Origin: an uncultured Acidimicrobiaceae bacterium
GTDB taxonomy: Bacteria > Actinomycetota > Acidimicrobiia > Acidimicrobiales > Palsa-688
Direction of reading: 5' to 3'
Length of the DNA: 64,000 nucleotides
Assembly (NCBI GenBank): GCA_963699075.1
Contig: CAVOTF010000007.1
Coordinates: 1,342,655-1,406,654, forward strand
Shown here one piece after another: positions 57,319-64,000 of this stretch. The stretch's first letter is position 1; every line of letters begins with the position of its first letter. The position numbers and the translations under genes are program-made. The notes under the pieces were generated by a model. The model searched no databases. It saw only the letters and a program-made list of their open reading frames with translations, and was not told where the DNA came from.

Positions 57319-58274
57319 CTAGGCGGCGTACCCGTGCAGCGCGAATGCCTCGAGCAAGGCGCCCTCGCGCAAGCCCCACTCGCTTACGACGTAGTGCTCC
57401 ACACCGAGCTCCTCGGCGATCGCCTCAAGGATGCAGGCGCCCAGCGGCAACACTGCGGCTCGCCGGGCGGGCATTCCCGGGAGGGCCTTGCGCTCGTCGA
57501 GATCCATGTGTGCAAGCATTTCTGCGAGCTCGGCTACCTGGGCTACAGGTAGGTCCACTTGGTTTACCACCCAGTCCGACCGGCCAACATGGCGGCACGT
57601 TTTGGCGATGGCGAGGCGAGCCAAGGCTCGCGCCGTCCCGCCGCTCACGACCGTTCTTACGGCGACGTTGGGGTACTCGGCGAGGTTCAGGCTGAGCGTT
57701 CCCAACGCTTCACGCACGCGCTCGCGTACCTCTTTGCGGTCCTCCCGGCCGAGCACCGGACCGGTCCCCAGCTCGCCCTTGAGGCGGGTGGGGCCGAGAG
57801 GTGCACTGCCCGCCAGGTGAATATCGAAGCGGTCACCGACGACCAGCTCGAAGCTCCCTCCGCCCAGGTCGATGCTCAGGGTCGGCTCGTCACCGACATA
57901 GGTGCCCGCTCTTTGGCCCAGGAAGCAAAGCCGAGCCTCCTGCTTGCCCGCAAGCACGCGAATGGGCGTGCCTATTGCCTTTTCGAGACGTCCGACCACC
58001 TCTGGGCCGTTGGCGGCGTCGCGCAACGCGGCGGTAGCCAGCGCGACGACAATGTCCGGGTCAACCGAGTCGATTGCCCGCCGCAAGCGTTTGGCCGCGG
58101 TTACCGACGCCCTAACCCGTTCGGGCGAGATCACGCCAGTACTGCCTACCTCCAGGCCCAGGTTGAGCAGCGACCTTCTTTTGAGCACGGGCACCAAGGA
58201 CTGGGAGGGCCCAGCTTGCAGGCCAATACCTGGAACGAACTGCTACCCAGGTCCCACACCGCGCCACGAACCAC
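57319..58274 (-). CDS. ppx: Ppx/GppA-family phosphatase; split by an apparent 1-nt indel
   Basis: The N-terminus VVRGAVWDLGSSSFQVLACKLGP (from GTG 58274) is in one frame. The rest, ...SLVPVLKRRSLLNLGLEVGSTGVISPERV...DLGGGSFELV..., is in ORF 57319-58197. The join is at the GGGCCC run 58207-58212. Confidence 0.8.
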
Positions 58275-58350
58275 TTGTCCGGACGCTACATGTTGGCGAG
58301 GTGGGAACCGTGGATTTGGCCTGACCCGTACTTCGCCAGCACCGACGGGG

Positions 58351-58968
58351 CTACCGGTTCGCGTCCGAGGCCGAACCGAGGATAATCGCGACCATGCGGG
58401 CGCCCGCGTCCTCGTGCCCAGCTGACCTTTCGGCGAGCCAGCCCGCGCGACCGATCCGAGGGACCATGCTCCGGGTCGCAAGCGCCCCGCGGTCCGCAGC
58501 CGTTGCAGCGGCATCGAGGGCCTCATTAAGCGAGCCACCCTCCTGCCCGCTGGTCGCCGCGGCCTGGGCCGCCGGCACCAAAGCGTCCAACATCGTCTTC
58601 CAACCCGGCTCGGCTTTGCCACGTTTGGCGATCGCCGCTTGTGACGCGTCGAGCAGTTCTGCAAACTCGGCAGCCCCCGACGAAGAACTCTGACTGGCTG
58701 CTCTCGCAGCTCCCATCAACCCCGTCGCCAGCAAGGTCCCCGAAGTCGAGGGGGCCTCTTTCGAAATGGCAACCCCACAGGCGTTGAGCACGTCGGCGAG
58801 CGCCTTGCCCTCTAGCTCCGGCAATAGAGCTTTCACTGCTTCAGCGGCGGCGGTCACTGTGAGACCGAGGTCGCCGTCGCCGGCCGCGGCATCGAGAAGG
58901 TTCAACTCGTCCGCTCTGTCTTCCAACGATCCCGCGACTATTCCAATCACCTCGATAAGGCTGCTCAT
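58351..58968 (-). CDS. dhaL: Dihydroxyacetone-kinase family, DhaL (nucleotide-binding) subunit
   Basis: LNLLDAAAGDGDLGLTV carries the DhaL GDGD motif. ATGA overlap with dhaK. Confidence 0.85.
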   Translation of the reverse strand: MSSLIEVIGIVAGSLEDRADELNLLDAAAGDGDLGLTVTAAAEAVKALLPELEGKALADVLNACGVAISKEAPSTSGTLLATGLMGAARAASQSSSSGAAEFAELLDASQAAIAKRGKAEPGWKTMLDALVPAAQAAATSGQEGGSLNEALDAAATAADRGALATRSMVPRIGRAGWLAERSAGHEDAGARMVAIILGSASDANR

Positions 58969-59990
58969 CGACGCACCAGGAAGGGCGAGTATGCGGGCGC
59001 ATCGAGCAACCGGACCAGCTCGTCGTCTAAGCGGAGAAGAGACAACGACATCCCCGCCATCTCCAACGAAGTGGCGTATTCACCAACCCACGCGCGCCGA
59101 GGTCGAAGTCCCCGGTCCTCGAGCATCGTGAACACTCGGTTGTAAACGATGTACAGCTCTTCGGGTGGCGTAGCGCCGAGACCGTTTACCAAAATGTCAA
59201 AGCGGTCTCCTTTGTCATGCGGCAGGTCATCGAGCAGAGCCGTCACCAGGTGGTCAGTAACGGCGTCGGCGGTCTCCAGAGGCCCACGCCGCACACCGGG
59301 TTCACCATGGATCCCCATGCCGATCTCCATCTGGCCGGCCGGCAATTCAAAGTTGGCGTGGCCGACCGCAGGGATGATGCAGGGAGCCAAAGCGACGCCA
59401 AAGCTGCGGAGGTTTGCCGCCGCGTGCTCGGTCACTGCCTTCACGGTACCGAGATCGCTCCCTTCCTCGGCGCTGGCCCCGGCGACCTTATAAAGGAAGA
59501 AGATGCCGGCGATCCCGCGACGGCGGTTCTCATCTCCCTTGGGGGCCGAGGCTATATCGTCAGCAGCGGTCACCGTCTCGGTCCGGATCCCTTCCGCTTC
59601 GGCCAGCTCCGCGGACAGCCCGAAGTTGAGCACATCGCCTCCGTAGTTGCCATAGAGGAAAAGAACTCCCCGCCCACCGTCGACGGCTTTCACCACAGAC
59701 AACATCTGCTCTGCGCTCGGCGACGCGAAGACATTCCCGATAGCAGCGCCATCTGCCAAACCACGCCCCACATAGCCCATGAACACCGGGAGGTGCCCTG
59801 AACCTCCACCGGTTACGATCGCCACTTTCCCCTCAACAGGAGCGTCGGCTCGGACAATGCCCCTGGGGCCTCCCGCAAGTTTGAGATCTTCGCCGTGCGC
59901 TTTCAAAATGCCTTGGAGGACCTCGTCGACGAAGTCCTTGGGATCGTTGATCAGCTTTTGCATAAGTGGCGCCAGGCTAGCGCCTCCCAC
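58965..59990 (-). CDS. dhaK: Dihydroxyacetone-kinase family, DhaK (substrate-binding) subunit
   Basis: KLINDPKDFVDEVLQGI...VTGGGSGHLPVFMGYVG... Confidence 0.9.
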   Translation of the reverse strand: MGGASLAPLMQKLINDPKDFVDEVLQGILKAHGEDLKLAGGPRGIVRADAPVEGKVAIVTGGGSGHLPVFMGYVGRGLADGAAIGNVFASPSAEQMLSVVKAVDGGRGVLFLYGNYGGDVLNFGLSAELAEAEGIRTETVTAADDIASAPKGDENRRRGIAGIFFLYKVAGASAEEGSDLGTVKAVTEHAAANLRSFGVALAPCIIPAVGHANFELPAGQMEIGMGIHGEPGVRRGPLETADAVTDHLVTALLDDLPHDKGDRFDILVNGLGATPPEELYIVYNRVFTMLEDRGLRPRRAWVGEYATSLEMAGMSLSLLRLDDELVRLLDAPAYSPFLVRR

Positions 59991-60030
59991 CTAGAGCCAC
60001 GACAGGCAAGGTTCGCGCCGGACGAGCCGG

Positions 60031-61557
60031 TTACCCGCGGGCGAGGCCATGTGCCAGGCGGTAGTACGCCTGGTTCCAGCGGAGCTCCCGCTGGAAGGTT
60101 TCGGTGGTCGTCGACGCGTCGATACGGACCAGCTCGACCCCGATGATAACTGCGTAGTCGATGAGAGCCTCGATATCGAGCGCTGTACTGAGCACCGTGT
60201 GGTGGGGACCACCCGCACTCAGCCAGGACTCCGCTGAGGTCGACAGGCTGGGGGCCGGCTTCCACACAGCCCGCGCCACCGGGAGCTTCGGGAGAGGCGC
60301 GTCCGGTGGCACAACCTCGATCTCGTTGGCAACGAGGCGGAACCTGTCCCCAAGGTCGACCAGGCCCACGACGAAGCCTTTGGCCGGTGCTGCATCGAAG
60401 ACGAGACGGACCGGGTCCTCGCGGCCCCCGATGCTCAGGGGATGGATCTCGCACCGTGGTTTACCCAAGGCGATGCTCGGGCAGACCTCGAGCATGTGAG
60501 CGCCGAGGATTTTGGGTTCGCCGGGGCCGAAGTGATAGGTGTAGTCCTCCATGAACGAGGTGCCGCCGGTCCGGTCGCCGGCCATGACCTTGAGCGCACG
60601 CAACAGCACGGAGGTCTTCCAGTCCCCCTCGGCGCCGAAGCCGTAGCCATCGGCCATGAGGCGCTGAACGGCTAGCCCCGGGAGCTGGCGCAGTCCCCCC
60701 AGGTCCTCGAAATTGGTAGTGAAGGCGGTGAAACCCCCGTCGGTGAGGAACAACCGCAGGCCCGCTTCTATCTGGGCGGCATAGCGCAACGCCCCATGGC
60801 GCGTACCGCCCACAGCGAGCTCCGGGACGATGTCATATTTTTCCCGGTATTCGGCGACAAGCTCGTCGACCGCCTCAGCCGGCACACCGTCAACGGACGC
60901 GACGAGGTCGTTGACACCATGAGTATTCACCGCGGCGCCGAAGCGGAGCTGGGCCTCCACCTTGTCTCCTTCCGTCACCGCGACGCCGCGCATGTTGTCG
61001 CCGAACCGGACGAGCCGCATCTCGGTAGTGGCATGGTGGCCCGTCGCGGCGCGCGCCCAAGAGCCGATCCTGGCGCGCACGGTTGGGTCGCTGGCGTGGC
61101 CGGCGACGGTCTTTCGCCTTACGGCAATACGGGTCTGTATATATCCGAACTCGCGGTCGCCGTGCGCGGCTTGGTTTAGGTTCATAAAGTCCATGTCGAT
61201 CGTGGCCCAGGGCAACGAGAGATTGGCCTGGGTGTGCAGGTGCAAAAGCGGTTTGCGCAGAACGTCTAGTCCGGCGATCCACTCCTTAGCCGGGGAAAAG
61301 GTGTGCATCCAGGCCACGATGCCTATGCAGGCGTCAGAGCTGTTGGCGTCTATGCACGCGCGGCGGATCTGCGCCGCGCTGGTTAGCACCGGCTTCCAGG
61401 CGATATTTACGCCAATCTCGGGGCCGGTGTTCAGTAGCGCGACGACCTCCCTGGACTGCGCGGCCACCTGGCGGAGTGTCTCATCTCCGTAGAGCTCTTG
61501 GCTCCCGGTCAGGAACCAGATTTCATGGTTGCTTTCGGTCTTAGACGAAAGGGTCAA
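60031..61557 (-). CDS. araA: L-arabinose isomerase
   Basis: 508 aa: [33 protein letters not shown]... Confidence 0.9.
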   Translation of the reverse strand: MTLSSKTESNHEIWFLTGSQELYGDETLRQVAAQSREVVALLNTGPEIGVNIAWKPVLTSAAQIRRACIDANSSDACIGIVAWMHTFSPAKEWIAGLDVLRKPLLHLHTQANLSLPWATIDMDFMNLNQAAHGDREFGYIQTRIAVRRKTVAGHASDPTVRARIGSWARAATGHHATTEMRLVRFGDNMRGVAVTEGDKVEAQLRFGAAVNTHGVNDLVASVDGVPAEAVDELVAEYREKYDIVPELAVGGTRHGALRYAAQIEAGLRLFLTDGGFTAFTTNFEDLGGLRQLPGLAVQRLMADGYGFGAEGDWKTSVLLRALKVMAGDRTGGTSFMEDYTYHFGPGEPKILGAHMLEVCPSIALGKPRCEIHPLSIGGREDPVRLVFDAAPAKGFVVGLVDLGDRFRLVANEIEVVPPDAPLPKLPVARAVWKPAPSLSTSAESWLSAGGPHHTVLSTALDIEALIDYAVIIGVELVRIDASTTTETFQRELRWNQAYYRLAHGLARG

Positions 61558-61629
61558 CGTGGCCTCGCAATTCTTTTCGACACTGGACTGGGGTTTGGCC
61601 GAGCCCGAGCGGGCTCAGCGTAGGGGAAG

Positions 61630-61643
61630 TGTGAGCGCTCACA
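61630..61643. promoter_or_regulatory. Perfect 14-bp palindrome TGTGAGCGCTCACA, a LacI/GalR-type operator upstream of araA
   Basis: Read directly, 73 nt upstream of the araA ATG. It fits the family pattern TG-N4-CG-N4-CA and is identical to the core of the symmetric lac operator. The LacI-family gene lies immediately upstream. Confidence 0.6.
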
Positions 61644-61811
61644 TCTTGGGACGGACAAAGAGGTAACGACCTCGAACGCGCCGATGCTTTGTGTCGCCCT
61701 GTTTGGCACAAATCAGCAAGTCTTTCCTCCATCACCCACAACCGACCTCCTCTGGCGAGAACGCTAACATCAACCCACGCCGGGCGCGTCCTCTGGCCGG
61801 GTGCGTCGGGT

Positions 61812-62876
61812 TCAAGCACGAGTCGACTCACGTGCGACGAGTTGGCAGGGGACCAGGTGGGTGCCATGAGCGGCGTGGCCGTCGATTGCCGCAAGGAGCA
61901 TCCTGGCTGCCGTACGGCCCACCTCGGTGAGGTTCATGTCGATCGTGGTGAGCGGGGGCCTCGAGGCCTCAGCAATGACCGTCCAGTTGTCGAAACCGAC
62001 GAGCGCGATATCATCGGGCACCCGCCGGCCCAATTCCCTCAAAGCCTCGCTCACTCCACGGGCGATCTGGTCACTCCCGCAGAAGATCGCGTCCACGTCG
62101 GGCGCTTGGCGCAACATGATCGATGCTGCCTGCCGTCCCCATTCCTCGCTCCAAACACCGTGGAGAGGACCGTCACCAACCATGACCATCCCAGCCTGCG
62201 CCAAAGCAGCTGTCGCACCCGCAGCCCGGAGCCGGGCGGCCCGGAAGTTTGCAGGGCCGGTTACGTGTCCGATCCTTGTTCGCCCGGTAGCGATGAGGTA
62301 CTCGACCGCTAGGCGGCCGCCACCCTCATCGTCTGGTAGGACCGAGGCGTCCTCGGGATTGGCCGATTCGCTCATGGCGTAGACGACCGGGACGGGGAAG
62401 CCGGCGCTGAGCGGCGGCCGCGGGTCGGTGCGCCTGCCGGTGACAATTATGCCGTCCACCCTGCGGGCGAGGAGCGTGCGCACGTAATGCTGCTCCCGGA
62501 TGGCGTCATCACGGCCGTCACATAACAGGACAGCAATTTGCCCAGTCTGGAGGGCATCCTCAGCCCCGAGCATCACCGGGATACTGAACCGGCCGAAGCT
62601 GTCGTTGGTGATCAGGCCAACGGTGAAACTCCTTCCCGTGAGCAGGCTTTGCGCTAGCGCGTTCGAGTGGAAGCCGAGCGCCTCGGCCGCCTCCCGCACC
62701 TTGGAACGGGTCTGGTTGCTGACACCCTGCCGTCCATTGAGCGATTTCGATACGGTGCCGATGGACACCCCTGCAAGCGCGGCGACATCGCCAATGGTCG
62801 GTACGCCGCGGCGTCGGTGCGCCGGCAGGGCAGTATTGGCGGCTGCGGTCTGCCCACTCTCACGAGGCTCGGACAT
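61812..62876 (-). CDS. LacI-family transcriptional regulator
   Basis: HTH TIGDVAALAGVSIGTVSKSLNGRQGVSNQTRSKVREAAEALGF plus a periplasmic-binding-protein-like core. Confidence 0.9.
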   Translation of the reverse strand: MSEPRESGQTAAANTALPAHRRRGVPTIGDVAALAGVSIGTVSKSLNGRQGVSNQTRSKVREAAEALGFHSNALAQSLLTGRSFTVGLITNDSFGRFSIPVMLGAEDALQTGQIAVLLCDGRDDAIREQHYVRTLLARRVDGIIVTGRRTDPRPPLSAGFPVPVVYAMSESANPEDASVLPDDEGGGRLAVEYLIATGRTRIGHVTGPANFRAARLRAAGATAALAQAGMVMVGDGPLHGVWSEEWGRQAASIMLRQAPDVDAIFCGSDQIARGVSEALRELGRRVPDDIALVGFDNWTVIAEASRPPLTTIDMNLTEVGRTAARMLLAAIDGHAAHGTHLVPCQLVARESTRA

Positions 62877-62912
62877 GGTGACCTAGCGCGGTCGGGCTCT
62901 CAGAGCAAACGG

Positions 62913-62933
62913 ACATGGTGCTATCTCCACCAT
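62913..62933. promoter_or_regulatory. Inverted repeat CATGGTG-N7-CACCATG between the ABC permease and the LacI gene
   Basis: Perfect 7-bp arms read directly. No T-tract. Role unknown; it could be an operator or an RNA hairpin. Confidence 0.25.
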
Positions 62934-62985
62934 GATGCCATCCCTGCCACATGTGCTCTCCTTGTACCTTGCGGGAAGCCATCGC

Positions 62986-63864
62986 TCAGCCCTTGACGGC
63001 ACCGGAGACGAGGCCACGCACGTAGTAACGCTGAAGAGCAACATAGATGATGATGCAGGGGACCATCGCTATCACGGCCCCGGCGACAAGGACCCCGTAG
63101 TCGATCTGGCCATAGGTGTCACTAGCCTCGACGTTCACTAAGGCTACCGGAAGGGTGTAGATCGCGTCATTTGTCGTGAAGGTAAGGGCACCGAGGAACT
63201 CTGTCCAAGAGAACAAGAAGGCATAAAGGACGGTGGTGGCTACACCGGGAACGATCAGCGGCCGCAACACTCGGGTAAGGGTGGTGATGACCGAAGCCCC
63301 GTCCACCATGGCCGAGTCCATGAGCTCGTCCGGCACCTGCCTGAAGGTGTTGCGCATCAGGTAAGTGCCAAAGGGAAGGTTGAACGCGGTGTAGAACAGC
63401 GCAAGGCCGGGGAGGCTGTTCAGCAGGTGGAACACTTTCAGTTCGAGGAACAGCGGGACCACGACGGCCTGGAACGGCACCATGAACCCAAGCAGGACGA
63501 GCCCGAAAATGGCCCCCGATCCCCGGAACTTGAAGCGGCCGAAGCCGTAGCCGGCGAGCGTCGCCACAAAGGCGGTGACGGCGGCCGTGGCAACCGCGAC
63601 GATGAGGCTGTTAACGACGTTGCGCAGGATGTTGTCGCCATTGAGCAGCTTCGTGTAGTTACCGACGCTGAGATGGGAGAAGTTCTTCAGCGACGGCGGC
63701 GAGACGATCGCCCCCGGAGCTTCGAAAGAGCGGAGTACCTCCCAAACGAGGGGCACCACAAAAATAGCGGCGATCATGGTGCCACCCACAAGGTACAAAG
63801 GGCCGCCTTGGCCACGCTTCGACCGCCTCGAAGGGGCCGCATTGGCTGGGCGCTCAGGCATCAT
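62986..63864 (-). CDS. Carbohydrate ABC transporter permease (MalG-like)
   Basis: 292 aa, 6 TM, with an EAA-loop-like DSAMVDGASVITTLTRVLRPLIVPG. Confidence 0.85.
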   Translation of the reverse strand: MMPERPANAAPSRRSKRGQGGPLYLVGGTMIAAIFVVPLVWEVLRSFEAPGAIVSPPSLKNFSHLSVGNYTKLLNGDNILRNVVNSLIVAVATAAVTAFVATLAGYGFGRFKFRGSGAIFGLVLLGFMVPFQAVVVPLFLELKVFHLLNSLPGLALFYTAFNLPFGTYLMRNTFRQVPDELMDSAMVDGASVITTLTRVLRPLIVPGVATTVLYAFLFSWTEFLGALTFTTNDAIYTLPVALVNVEASDTYGQIDYGVLVAGAVIAMVPCIIIYVALQRYYVRGLVSGAVKG

Positions 63865-64000
63865 CGCCCCGAAGGAAACGGAACTGCATAAACGTGATGA
63901 AGCCGATCACGGCGACCAAAACGACGGACATGGCGCTGGACGAACCTACATTGAACGAGGTATTGAATGTCTCGTAGATCTGCATGACGACGCTCTGCGT
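63854..64000 (-). CDS. Carbohydrate ABC transporter permease (MalF-like), C-terminal 48 aa only
   Basis: My translation is TQSVVMQIYETFNTSFNVGSSSAMSVVLVAVIGFITFMQFRFLRGDDA*. The stop overlaps the start of the downstream permease. Confidence 0.7.
   Translation of the reverse strand, partial: TQSVVMQIYETFNTSFNVGSSSAMSVVLVAVIGFITFMQFRFLRGDDA

Noticed and set aside
1-64000. tRNA, rRNA, tmRNA, transposase, integrase, phage or toxin-antitoxin genes
   Set aside because: No T-loop/acceptor-like sequences appear in the intergenic gaps. No ORF has recombinase or transposase motifs, and all sizeable gaps were read on both strands.

Overview
This is a high-GC chromosomal segment that looks actinobacterial, inferred from ctaE-qcrCAB, GlgC plus GT4-type GlgA, a DUF732-like lipoprotein, FHA and kinase-like genes, and frequent GTG/TTG starts. 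Almost all of it is core metabolism and translation, with no rRNA, tRNA, CRISPR array, transposase or integrase. Gene order from the left edge: a truncated secreted repeat protein; DUF2237, 1-Cys peroxiredoxin and an MBL-rhodanese protein; PAP2; a G+C-poor islet of small secreted proteins; pirin; a DAG-kinase-like lipid kinase; a metal ABC importer (binding protein, ATPase, two permeases) followed by a Fur/Zur-type gene; a membrane protein, kinase-like pseudoenzyme and zinc-ribbon/FHA protein; trHbO; STAS; GH15; ftsEX; glgA-glgC; an aldo/keto reductase; ctaE-qcrCAB; queFED; an MFS pump; the full rplC-to-rplQ ribosomal block with secY-adk-map, rpoA and truA; an M1 peptidase; a large flippase-like/GT2 fusion; ppx; and a LacI-controlled araA-dhaKL sugar locus with ABC permeases. 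Four points deserve a second look. (1) At least 12 conserved genes, including secY, map, rplD and rplE, are split by single-base indels in mononucleotide runs. This looks like assembly error and undermines any apparent fusion. (2) Many ribosomal proteins carry long low-complexity extensions. (3) rpsJ and infA are absent from their canonical slots. (4) Short tandem duplications of 15-22 nt recur in intergenic regions. I found no convincing novel multi-gene system. The best candidates are the Zur-membrane domain ORF, the pseudokinase/FHA module, the flippase-GT2 fusion and the araA-dhaKL pairing.
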